NCBI GenBank assembly: GCA_051294375.1
Contig: CM119265.1
Coordinates: forward strand, 24,097,684 to 24,161,683
Reading direction: 5' to 3'
Origin: Paraspadella gotoi
Lineage: Eukaryota; Animalia; Chaetognatha
DNA: 64,000 nucleotides
Both the position numbers and the translations under genes were made by a program. The notes below the pieces were generated by a model, which was not told the origin of the DNA, ran no database searches, and saw only the letters and a list, made by a program, of their open reading frames with translations. This document shows positions 12,479-24,559 of this stretch, piece by piece (position 1 is the stretch's first letter; every line of letters begins with the position of its first letter).

Positions 12479-15400
12479 GGTTTGAATAAGGGTCCCTTTG
12501 GTCCAAGGCTGGCATTCCCCCGAAGGACACGCTGCCACAGAGAGAGAGAGAGAGGGAGAGAGGGAGAGGGAGAGAGAGATAGCCGACGACTTGTCGCTTG
12601 GCAGCTGATGAATTGTAAAGTTGGGAGAGCCAAGACCAAGTTCACCTAACGAATAATGATAGTTTTGTTACATTATTATATTCATATATAAATATTATAT
12701 ATAGTAAATTGTTTTAAAACTTTTTGTTTATTTATTAATACTTTTTTCCTTTGATTTATTTATATTTTTGTTTTAGCAATGCCAAAATTTTTTTACTAAT
12801 ATAAACAGATTATTATTGCCGAAACATGTCGGTTAAATAAACATTGTCGTTGTTAAAACAAAAATAAAACAAGTCTTTCATTAAAAAAGCATTAAAAACG
12901 TGAACAATGTATCGATCATTAAAGGTTTTAAAACAAACAATTTTTTAAAAATAAATAAAAAGAGGGAAAAAAAAGAATAAAAAGAAAAGAAAAGTAAAGG
13001 GAAAAAGAAAAAAAACAAAAAAAGAACAAGATTGATAGCTCGGCCCCCGAAGGATTTCCATGTGTCCACAAAAAAACTATTTCGCCCATCTCTCTCTCTC
13101 TCTCTCTCTCTCTNNNNNNNNNNNNNNNNNNNNNNNNNNNNNNNNNNNNNNNNNNNNNNNNNNNNNNNNNNNNNNNNNNNNNNNNNNNNNNNNNNNNNNN
13201 NNNNNNNNNNNNNNNNNNNNNNNNNNNNNNNNNNNNNNNNNNNNNNNNNNNNNNCTCTCTCTCTCTCTCACAGAGCCAAACCTCACTTTGAGCATCCAGT
13301 TCAAAGGCGGTGAGATTCAAGTGATTCACAACGTATCGATAGTTCTCCTCTTCGGTCCGTTGGTTCGATGCCAGGTGAGACTGTGAGACTTTCTTTGAAT
13401 GGAATTGTATTATGACGCATTACGCTTTATTGTACAAAGTGTATTTTATTAACGACATTCGAATTACAACATCTTTACGCCCTCTTCCTTTGGAATAAAC
13501 GTTCAACGAATCAAGTTTANNNNNNNNNNNNNNNNNNNNNNNNNNNNNNNNNNNNNNNNNNNNNNNNNNNNNNNNNNNNNNNNNNNNNNNNNNNNNNNNN
13601 NNNNNNNNNNNNNNNNNNNNNNNNNNNNNNNNNNNNNNNNNNNNNNNNNNNNNNNNNNNNNNNNNNNNNNNNNNNNNNNNNNNNNNNNNNNNNNNNNNNN
13701 NNNNNNNNNNNNNNNNNNNNNNNNNNNNNNNNNNNNNNNNNNNNNNNNNNNNNNNNNNNNNNNNNNNNNNNNNNNNNNNNNNNNNNNNNNNNNNNNNNNN
13801 NNNNNNNNNNNNNNNNNNNNNNNNNNNNNNNNNNNNNNNNNNNNNNNNNNNNNNNNNNNNNNNNNNNNNNNNNNNNNNNNNNNNNNNNNNNNNNNNNNNN
13901 NNNNNNNNNNNNNNNNNNNNNNNNNNNNNNNNNNNNNNNNNNNNNNNNNNNNNNNNNNNNNNNNNNNNNNNNNNNNNNNNNNNNNNNNNNNNNNNNNNNN
14001 NNNNNNNNNNNNNNNNNNNNNNNNNNNNNNNNNNNNNNNNNNNNNNNNNNNNNNNNNNNNNNNNNNNNNNNNNNNNNNNNNNNNNNNNNNNNNNNNNNNN
14101 NNNNNNNNNNNNNNNNNNNNNNNNNNNNNNNNNNNNNNNNNNNNNNNNNNNNNNNNNNNNNNNNNNNNNNNATCCAATTAATTTCTTCTATCGACATCAA
14201 ACGATTTTCTCATTTTTTTTCTCTTTCCTCCCTTTTCTTTTTCCTCCATTTTTTTCCTTCTCCGTTTCATCTCTTTCCTTTCCTCCTTTGTCTCCTTTCC
14301 TTCCACCCCACCCCCCCCTTGGATCAGGCGTTGAACGAGAGGACCTCTGGGGGAAGAGATGGAGGAAAAGGAGGAGGAAGAGACGGAGGAAGAGACGGAG
14401 GAAGAGGAGGAGAAGGGGGTCGCCTCAAATCCCTGCGGTTCGAGGAGGAAGAAGGGGAGGAAGACGAAGGAAGAGAAGGTTTTTTGTACGATTTGCTGAT
14501 GGAGGAAAGGGAGGAAGATTGGAAGGAGAAGGAAAGAAGGAGGAGGAAGGATTCCTTCTTCGAAGGTTTCGTTGGAAGGTAATCAACGATTTTTTTTTGG
14601 TTTTGTTTTCGTTTCTTGCGTTTTCTTCGTTTTATTTGTTGTTTTTTTGTTTGTTTTTTTTTGTTTATTCTCGCGACGATCCTTCGTTTTTTTTCTTTAT
14701 CTCTCATCTCTCATCTCATTCCAATTATAAAATTGTTTTATTTAAATTCATAAATACGGATTAATCTATGATTCCACTAATTATTTTTTTTTTCGTCGCT
14801 TTTTTCCAGAATTTCATTTCGGCGTAAAATTAAAGCTTTTTTTGTTCCTTTTGACATTTCTTTTTTTTTTTTAACAAACAAAAGATAAAAACAAATAATG
14901 GAAAAACTAATATTTCACTGTCAACTTCAAAGACAGAAAAAAGAAAATCGAATTCCATCATAAAGAAAAAAAATAACAGTCGGAATTTTTCTGCTCTTTT
15001 AGTTTTCTCCACCTACCTTACGAAATCATTTATCCTTCATTCACGTGCGACATGTGGCGTCAGACGTCTCACTAACGGATACTCCAAGAATTGGCGTCTA
15101 CATACCTTACAATACTATCTTGCCAACTCTGTAGCGCTCGTTCTGTTTATAGTTCATTTGGTTTGTTTTTGGATGGGCCTCAAGTCTTAACATCTTACTA
15201 CTATAGATGCTAAATGTCTAAAGACAGTGATACTAAAGGATGACAACAGAGCCATGCCAAACAGAATTAAAAAGTGGAAAGTGTTTCAATGCATTTCCGC
15301 CATTTCTGGCATTTTCTTCATTCTTATTGAAATCATTTGGATTCCAAACGTTTTCCATCAACTCAGTCTTGGGACCAAACAACGTAAAAATTCAACTCTC

Positions 15401-15497
15401 TGGCTGAGCTCATACATTTATGCAAAGATGCCAGATTCAAGATTTCGCTCAATTTTTTTGTCTCTATCTCTCTCTCGTCTCTCTCTCTTCTCTCTCT

Positions 15498-15545
<48 letters not shown>

Positions 15546-15622
15546 ATCTCTCTTTCTTTCTGTTCGAAAACTCATCACAACAAAGAAACTCGTCAACCTT
15601 GAGCTCTAAACTTGTGAGAGAG

Positions 15623-15661
<39 letters not shown>

Positions 15662-15796
15662 AGAAGAGAGGAGAGAGAGAGAGGAGAGTTAGAGAGAGAG
15701 AGAAGACAAGGCTGGCATGATCGAGGACCAGATTTTCGATAATTTTGACGTTCTTTGTGGTCGAAGTGAACGAATTTGTGTCCGACTTCTCTCTCT

Positions 15797-15884
<88 letters not shown>

Positions 15885-18130
15885 CCTCTTTTTCAAATCT
15901 TCCCTCAGGACNNNNNNNNNNNNNNNNNNNNNNNNNTGGGGTGGGTAATTAGAAGGGGCATCGAGGCATCGGCATGGGCAGTAATTGCGTGGATGGTGGT
16001 GAAGTGGGTGTTTGTGGGTGGGTCCTCGTTTGTTTGGGTGATGATGTGTGGGAGTGAGTGGTGGTGAGTAGTGAGTGGTGGTGAGTGGAGAACCCGAGGA
16101 TGTGATTCTGTTCTGGGCCGACGAGGAAAAAGGAAAAAAAAAGCGCAGTGGGTGTGGCAAGGGCGAATAGAGGAGGAAAGGAAAAGAGAATGACGACGAC
16201 GATGATGACGATGAGGATGATGATGATGATGATGATGATGATAAAAATTATGGCAAGGATGATGATGCAATAATGATTGTGATGATTAAAATGATGCCGA
16301 AGATTATGATGATAAAAATAATATTGATGACGATAATGACGAGGATGACGACGATAATGATAATTGAGATGATGNNNNNNNNNNNNNNNNNNNNNNNNNN
16401 NNNNNNNNNNNNNNNNNNNNNNNNNNNNNNNNNNNNNNNNNNNNNNNNNNNNNNNNNNNNNNNNNNNNNNNNNNNNNNNNNNNNNNNNNNNNNNNNNNNN
16501 NNNNNNNNNNNNNNNNNNNNNNNNNNNNNNNNNNNNNNNNNNNNNNNNNNNNNNNNNNNNNNNNNNNNNNNNNNNNNNNNNNNNNNNNNNNNNNNNNNNN
16601 NNNNNNNNNNNNNNNNNNNNNNNNNNNNNNNNNNNNNNNNNNNNNNNNNNNNNNNNNNNNNNNNNNNNNNNNNNNNNNNNNNNNNNNNNNNNNNNNNNNN
16701 NNNNNNNNNNNNNNNNNNNNNNNNNNNNNNNNNNNNNNNNNNNNGAGAGAGAGAGAGAGAGAGAGACTGTCCGCAGTTTGGTTGCATTTTGGGTCAGCGA
16801 TTTTGTCTGTCGTCCAGTCGATTCCAGCCCCTTGTCCGCGGTTGTTGTTGTTGAAGTCGTTGTTGTTATTTGCTCAATGATGCCTCTTTCTTTCATGGGC
16901 TGGCTCGTTAGGTCACGTGATCGATAAATCAAAAATGGCGTTTGTGAAAAGTCCGTTTCGCAAATGATGAAGTGAATAAAACGAAGGAGAAAAACGTGTG
17001 AGGAGTTAAAATCATCTTGAATGTTAAGGAATGAGAAAAGAGTGAAAACTTAGCGCATGCGTAGAGAAAGGAAGACAAATAAAATGAACTAAGAGCAGAA
17101 AATCTTTGTATTTTCTTGGATATTTAAGAGCAAGGTGCATACTGCATGGTTAACGGAGACGACGAACGGGAAGAGCAAATACGAAATTTACGCCATATTT
17201 TTTAAAAGTGACCTATTTTAGCTTAAATTCAGAATTAAATCACTTTTAAGTTTATAAATTAGATAAGGGGCATTGAATAGGGTTAAATAGGGTTTCATTG
17301 GTTAAATATTAGGGTTAAGGTCAAGGGTTAAAGGGTTGGATTAAGGATTTGGGATAGAGTTTAGGGATTAGGGATTAGGGATCAGAGATTAGCGATCTGT
17401 GATTAGGATTGTGGATTTGAGATAAGGATTAGAGATTAGGGATTAGAGATTAGCGATTGGGGATTATGATTATGGATTTGGGATAGGGATTAGGGATTAG
17501 GGATTAAAGATTAGCTAATGGGGATTAGGATTATGGATTTGGAATCGGGATAAAGGACTAGAGATTAGAGATTAATGATAGGGGATTAGGATTATTGATT
17601 TATTATTAAATATTAGTGTTAGGAATTAAGGTTAAAGATTAGGTTAAATATTTAAGGTAAAATATTAACATTAAATATTTGAGTTAAAATTAGGTTTAGG
17701 GATTAGTGACAGAAATGGACGCTTTCAGAAAATAGTGCCGAAATTTTAAAGGGAGGGTAAGCTCACGTCATTAGATGGAAAGAAAAGACAAAAGAGGCAA
17801 TTTTGTTCCCTAAAGAAGCTAAAAAGAAAGAGACGATGTTTTTTTGAGAATTCTGTTTTTTTCGCATTGCTTATAATTCTTTCTTTTCTATCTTTTCCTT
17901 TATATTTCATTAATCCCATTTATCTTTCATTCTATATTCTGTTCTTTCGTATCTTTGTTCTTATTATATTCATTTCAATGCCCATTTAAGATTCTTTCAT
18001 TTTTCTTTTGCCCTTTTTTTCCCGGTTTTTTTTTCTTATCTTTCATCTGTCGCTTTTTGATAGAACGAAGTGTAAGGACCAATTATTGTTAATTTTTCTT
18101 TTGTCCTTTTCTTTCTGCGTGCTGTCTTTG

Positions 18131-18161
<31 letters not shown>

Positions 18162-20105
18162 TCAATTTCGATGATGAATATAAAATAAAGCCTACAATTT
18201 TTATTGTTAAAAAAGAAAATGAAAGAGATTCATATCGGAAATAAAATTCGTATAATCCTAATGTAATTTTTTCAGCACAAAAGGAAAAAAAATTTCATTC
18301 TCCCAAAAATTATTGTGAGATAACCTGTCAATAAATCTTTTGCGTTTCTAAAAAATGTAATAATCTCTTTTCTAAAAAAATTTAGGTTTCATTTTTTTCA
18401 TCTTATTACATTACATCTAATGATATCTTACTTTTATTTAACCTTTTTTACATTTTTGAGCATATTTCAGTATATTATATGTTCGGTCATCAAGTTTATG
18501 ACAACATTTAAGAATTTTCAGCCTAGTTATTTTTTTAAAAACCTTGTCCAATAAGGTTACTGAAAAAACTGACGGACTGTTTGTTGGTGATTTAATTGCG
18601 AGAGACTAATTTAGAAAAAGCGAAAAATCGAGAAATTATTGTTATAAATGAACAAAAAAAGGAAAAGAGAAAATTACGAAAGAAACAAAGAATTCTTTTT
18701 TCTCTCTCTCTCTCTCTCATCTCTCTCATCCCTCATTCCTTCTCCTCCAGGAGCGTCGCCGGTCTCGACCGGTCGAGACGTCGCCGAATTATAAATGACG
18801 CCGCGGAGGAGCGCCGCTTTCAGCCCGGCGTCAAAATTCGCGACGATTTCGACGCCAGTCGCGACGCCGAAGAAGACGTGACGGCGCCGTCGAGCGTCGT
18901 CTGCGTGGTCGTCGCCAATCCCGGCGTCGGCCGCGTCGGCGTCGACGCCCGTCTCGAACGCGACGTCGAAGGCGCCGGGGATGGCGCCGGGAAAAGCGGA
19001 AGCGGCGCGAAGGAGGCGCCGCCACGGAAACGCGTCATGGTCGACGTGGCGCGCGAGGAGANNNNNNNNNNNNNNNNNNNNNNNNNNNNNNNNNNNNNNN
19101 NNNNNNNNNNNNNNNNNNNNNNNNNNNNNNNNNNNNNNNNNNNNNNNNNNNNNNNNNNNNNNNNNNNNNNNNNNNNNNNNNNNNNNNNNNNNNNNNNNNN
19201 NNNNNNNNNNNNNNNNNNNNNNNNNNNNNNNNNNNNNNNNNNNNNNNNNNNNNNNNNNNNNNNNNNNNNNNNNNNNNNNNNNNNNNNNNNNNNNNNNNNN
19301 NNNNNNNNNNNNNNNNNNNNNNNNNNNNNNNNNNNNNNNNNNNNNNNNNNNNNNNNNNNNNNNNNNNNNNNNNNNNNNNNNNNNNNNNNNNNNNNNNNNN
19401 NNNNNNNNNNNNNNNNNNNNNNNNNNNNNNNNNNNNNNNNNNNNNNNNNNNNNNNNNNNNNNNNNNNNNNNNNNNNNNNNNNNNNNNNNNNNNNNNNNNN
19501 NNNNNNNNNNNNNNNNNNNNNNNNNNNNNNNNNNNNNNNNNNNNNNNNNNNNNNNNNNNNNNNNNNNNNNNNNNNNNNNNNNNNNNNNNNNNNNNNNNNN
19601 NNNNNNNNNNNNNNNNNNNNNNNNNNNNNNNNNNNNNNNNNNNNNNNNNNNNNNNNNNNNNNNNNNNNNNNNNNNNNNNNNNNNNNNNNNNNNNNNNNNN
19701 NNNNNNNNNNNNNNNNNNNNNATAATTCATAGATTTTGTGATTAAGTTAATAATACCTTTGATAATACGGTTATTTAACAAAATGATGATGATTGTATGA
19801 AATTAGTAATAATTAAATTAGTAAATTATTTGTGTAATGCTGAAGACGAAGACGACGACGAGGAAAAAATAAACAAGAACAAGAACCGATTATGAAGAAC
19901 AACAACAAATAACAACAACGAGAATCCAACTCGCTTCAACCGCTTTGTCTTCTTCATTTTCAGGCTCTTCTTCTCCTTCATCATCCAACTTCTTTGTCGT
20001 CATCCTCCTCTTCCTCCTCTCCTTCCTTCGCCACGACGGCTTCCTCTTCCTCCTTTGATTGGAATCGAAATAAACAAAAACAAAAACAAAAGTCGAAACA
20101 AAGGT

Positions 20106-20160
<55 letters not shown>

Positions 20161-21015
20161 ACTGAAAGACAATTATTTGTATTTTAATAATTAACTTAAT
20201 GTTTTTTTTACACAGAAAATGGGAAATTCGTCTTCGTCTTTTCTTCGAAATCCGTCAACTCTCCGGTCGACAGAGTTTCGCCAACTCCTCCGCCGATTAT
20301 CAGCCTCCAGAATCCATATCCTCCAGGTGATTGAAGAAAGTTGATGGAGAAGTGAATGAGAGATGATGGAGAAGTGATAAGGGAAGTGATGGACAAGTGA
20401 TGGAGTCATGACGGAGAAGAACTGAGGTTATGGAGGAGTTAGGAAAAAGTGTGGGAAAAGTTTTGTACTGTGATGGAGAAATGATAAAGAGTCGAAGGAG
20501 AAATGATGGATACTGATGTACCAGTGATGAAGTGATGAAATGATAAGGAAGTGATGGACAAAAGATGGGGAAGTTATGAAGAAATTGCAATGAAGGTTCA
20601 CCGCTTTAATATTCTTTGTCACTGTGAAATTCCGCCCTATGAAGATGAAATCGACAGAGGGCGTCACAGTGAATTTTTTTGTAGCCTGCGTCAAAAATTC
20701 GCGTTGAATTTATTTTAGTTATTTTCTAAAAAATTAAATTCTATTTAAGAATAAGGCAGTGTTATCACCGAGCAAAATCAAGTCTTTAATATAAAAAAAA
20801 ATAACATGAATAATATAAATCAGAAAACAAATTGTGCCAGTCGATATCAGAAAATTGCCGCAAAAACGAAAATCTCCCGCGCATCTCGAGATGAAAAAAA
20901 ATCCTCCAAATGGCACTTGAATGGCATTTGAATGGCGTCCGAGTGGCATCAAAAGCGACGGGAACGAATAAAACTAATTCTGAATGACATGGTGAAAAGC
21001 ACTGACATTCTGGAG

Positions 21016-21056
<41 letters not shown>

Positions 21057-21823
21057 GAAAAGGCGCATATATCCGTTTTTCTCCCCTTTTTTTTCCGTTT
21101 CTAATGAAATCGAAATTCTCTCTTGGCTTTTTTTTCTCCATAAATCAAAAAAGGGTTCAAGTTGTTCTGTGACCTCGGATCCGAAAAGACGGTCAATATG
21201 TATGCGAATCTTTCCTCTCGCTTCTTGCCCCAGAAAAAAAATCATAAATCCCAGTCTCGTCTCTCTCTCTCTCTCTCTCTCTCTTTGGAATTCAGATGGA
21301 ATAAACTTTACAAAAACTCAGCTCCTGATTTTACAAAACTAAAAAAAAAAATTTCATCGGAGCTGACATATGATTTACGATTTTCGGGCAGCTAAGAGGA
21401 GCCACCTGTTGTAATTCATGAACCGACAAGTAGGCACAAAGAAATAGATCTATGAGAATTTATAAGATCTTATTTATTCATTTATTAATTATTTCATATC
21501 CAGATAATAATTAATCATGCAATGTTTCTAAAACAAAAAAAAAGTTCAACGAAATTAAAACGCTTCCAGAATGCTTCCCCATCCATTAAGCATATATTAA
21601 TTTTTTTCCCCCGCGATTCCGCTTTGTCTCTTTTTCTCTCTCTCTCTCCTCTCTCTCTCGTCTCTCTCTCTCTCCATCTCTCTCTCTCTCCTCTCCTCAG
21701 TTCGTCTCCCCTCGCGTTGATTCATCAATCCATTCTCCTCCTCCTCCATTTTTCTCCTTCGACGAAAATCATCAAACAAAATTTGCCTTTTTTATCCTTT
21801 TCACTCGAAAATCCTCGACGAAG
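1965..21823 (+). CDS. Putative multi-exon secreted precursor, tentatively a TGF-beta family prodomain; no mature domain visible
   Basis: AG/GT-bounded exons in consistent phase: ~1965-2171 (needs indels; RRKKLRRERIAHEFLML), 2736-2937, 12178-12245 (KMIVNFLLNRTKIRLT), 13274-13374 (EPNLTLSIQFKGGEIQVIHNVSIVLL), 14328-14578, 18751-19061 running into a gap (RVMVDVARE), 19964-20103, 20216-20326 (KWEIRLRLFFEIRQ), 21701-21823 (NLPFLSFSLENPRRR). Family assignment is by motif order only. Confidence 0.4.
2935..3060 (+). repeat. 30-bp tandem repeat (4+ units) starting at a predicted splice donor
   Basis: gaggtgag(a/g)atttattgtgagggtcagtgt at 2935, 2965, 2995, 3025 and a partial unit at 3055; the first GAG|GTGAGA is the donor of exon 2736-2937. 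Confidence 0.85.
3435..3625 (+). mobile_element. Internally deleted relative of the 4797-5195 element
   Basis: Shares the 5' block and the GACAGACCGA microsatellite block with 4797-5195. Confidence 0.4.
4797..5195 (+). mobile_element. Probable non-autonomous DINE-1/HINE (Helentron-associated)-like element
   Basis: Starts aaactagaac, has an internal (GACC)n tract (gacagaccgaccgaccgacc) and a 3' perfect palindrome cgcgagtactcgcg. A related shorter copy at ~3435-3625 shares the tagaac...aatgtgtt...tttcacg.gtattt and gcatttt.a.cg.aagtg.gacagaccga blocks. Confidence 0.45.
6640..7015. repeat. Purine-rich tandem repeat with ~66-bp period
   Basis: gaggagaaatcaaagaggaaagaggaagaaagaaagaaaagaaggagaaaagaggaaaggaggaagaaaa repeated about four to five times. 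Confidence 0.75.
17275..17705. repeat. Degenerate (GATTAGG)n telomere-like satellite with ~61-bp higher-order period
   Basis: ttagggattagggattaggg tracts; the unit ggatttgggatagggattagggattag...gattaggattat recurs about four times between 17345 and 17600. Confidence 0.7.
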
Positions 21824-22561
21824 GTGAGGGAAGGATTTGGGCTGGGGAGGGGGCGGAGAGGGGTTGTGAAGGGTGAGGGGTGGGTGGTAAGCGGGAGGGC
21901 GGTGTCAGAATGGGTGGGCGGAACTTGTTAAGGTTCGTGGATTAACGTTTCACGCCGAATGGCGAATTTCGTTAAAACGGAGCTGAAAATGTTTAAATTT
22001 TCATTAAAATTTAAACAGGTTAGATTCCAAAAAAGTACAAAATCTCTATCGAAGCTGCCTGTATTTCCAGATGTCGACACTAACGTTCCTTTCCCCGACG
22101 AAAAATATAAAATAAAAATATTTATTCGCTATAAAATGAAAGAAAGATAGAAAATAAATATTCTAACAATTTTCACGAAGAGAAGCGCCCTTTATGTTTA
22201 TAATTTCGAGATTTTATTTTTTATGTTCTTTCATTTTCCGTGGGATCTCGTTTTTTATGCCATCTCGACGCTCATAATGCAATTTTTTTCCCAAAATACA
22301 CATCTCGTACCTTGACATTGTCCTCTCCAGCTGTCATTTTCCTTATTTTGTCACTTTCTTTTAAACATAAAATATTGTTAATCTAGTTATCTTTTAGCTG
22401 ACCCTTTCCCTGCAAACACATTTACCTCTCAGTCTCCTCTCTCTCTCCGAAATGTTACTTTCCACATCATGCCATTTTCCCTGTCATTTCCCACTTTATA
22501 TCATCTCCGCGCCATTGGCGTCTCCGCGTCTTCCTTTACTACGTCCTCGTCCCGATTTGCC

Positions 22562-23135
22562 GGATTGCAGCAGATATTCAGTGAGGATTGCTGCAGATAT
22601 TTCAGGTGAGGTTTGCAGCAGATATTCAGGTGAGGATTGCAGCAGATATTCAGGTGAGGATTCAGCAGATATTCAGGTGAGGATTGCAGCAGATATCAGG
22701 TGTGGATTGCTGCAGATATTCAGTGATGGATGGCAGCAGATATTCAGGTGAGGATTGCAGCAGATTATTCAGGTGAGGATTGCAGCAGGTATTCAGGTGA
22801 GGATTGCACAGATATTCAGGTGAGGATTGCAGCAGATATTCAGTGAGGATTGCAGCAGATATTCAGGTGAGGATTGCTGCAGATATTCAGTGTGGATTGC
22901 AGCAGATTTTTAAAGTGTGCATTGGAGCAGATATTCAGGTGAGGATTGCAGCAGATATTCAGGTGAGGATTGCTGCAGATTATTCAGGTGTGGATTGCAG
23001 CAGATTTTCTAGTTGTGCATTGGAGCAGATATTCAGGTGAGATTGCAGCAGATATTCAGTGTGGATTGCAGCAGATTTTTAGATGTGCATTGCAGCATAT
23101 CATGATGATGGATATGGTGAGGATTACAGCAAATA
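22562..23135 (+). repeat. Mirror copy of the 24-bp donor-site minisatellite
   Basis: Tandem ggattgcagcagatattcaggtga units, with indels and variants (gtgtgg, gtgcattgg). Confidence 0.9.
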
Positions 23136-24075
23136 TATCTCGATAATTGAATACAGAAGCGATTAATAGTAAAAAGAATAAAAGTCGTCGGATTGTAGCA
23201 ATAACTTGGGTTAAACGAAATGATTGATTTCGGCAGAACTTTAATTTTGTGAGGAGTTGCGATTTGACAGCTTTTACTTAAACTAATATGAAATTTTATA
23301 ATTTGCTGTTTGATAGATTTTAAAGAACTGGTTTCGTAATTATTTTAGCCATACTAGCTGACAATCTAATACCAGTTAAAAATGATTTTTATAAAGCCAG
23401 CCTTCAGCGTGTTGGTTGGATCGTGAACTCTGCCCGCTTTCAATCTCTTCCAACGGATCGAAAAAACAATAAATTCCCACAGCGAAAGCGACTCCTGTTT
23501 ATCTTTTTCACCTCATCCATCCCCATATCTTTCTTTTTCCCTCCGCCCTCCAGCGGAAGCGGCCCAAGTCGTTCGCCGTCACAGCCGCCAATTGTTCAAG
23601 CGAGGCAACAAGAGTTCTCTTACATCAGCCGTCTTCGCCATCACATTTGCTGTCGGTGGTTATCAGGTGAGGAAGATAGCGACAACAACATCAATACAAC
23701 GAATTAATACCAACGACGACAAGGATTCAAAACTACAATCTAACGCCAATAATTACCACAACTCATACGACCATCATAACAACAACGACGAGTTCAACAA
23801 CAATAACTACGAGATGATATTTTTTCTTGGCTCTTCTTTTTTTTTTGTACTTTCCTCGTCTTCATTAAAATGGCTAGCTTTCTCTTGTCTTCTCTCTCCT
23901 TTCAGCCTCATGAACCATCGTTACTGAGTAAACATTACAGAAGATTTCTTAGGGAACAAAAGAGCAATCAATTCCCGATCATCTTCATCTTTCTCTATTT
24001 ATACACAAACTTAGTTCCAATTAATTCCTCTCCCTTCCTGTGCCAACTGCTTTTCCTGCCCGCTCTGTGCCTTTT

Positions 24076-24160
<85 letters not shown>

Positions 24161-24494
24161 GCTCTCTTCTCTCTCTCTCTCTCTCTCTTTCTCTCCCTCC
24201 GCCCCACCCAAGGTCGTCCACGCAACTGGCAAACAGATCGAAACTGGCAATTCGTGACATCTGCTTCTACAACGAGCGGTGCTACATTCCATCCACTCAC
24301 TTCGACGATTTCCCCTTCAACTTATTCCTCCAACGTTCCTTATGTCGTCACGGACTCGTCATCTTTCTTGCCATTGGGTTCAGAGAAAGCTATTGCTATA
24401 ATAAGAATCACTTTGGGTGAGGATTGGGAATGGAAAATGGGAGGAAAGGAAAGGGGAGGAAAGAAAAGGAAGAAATGAGAGAGAGAGAGAGAGA

Positions 24495-24559
<65 letters not shown>

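Noticed and set aside
13503-14200. Long ORFs spanning N gaps (also 15949-16932 and 18596-19781)
   Set aside because: Their length is due to Ns; only 18751-19061 is kept as a candidate exon.
19964-20058. Alternative frame SSSPSSSNFFVVILLFLLSFLRHDGFLFLL-stop as a GPI-anchor signal
   Set aside because: The phase-0 frame runs to a donor at 20103 and chains with two further exons. The upstream phase is hidden by a gap, so this reading is not excluded but is less parsimonious.
22331-22512. CHFPYFVTF / CHFPLYI as the start of a TGF-beta mature domain
   Set aside because: Stops within a few codons, has no further conserved cysteines, and lies in noisy junction sequence.
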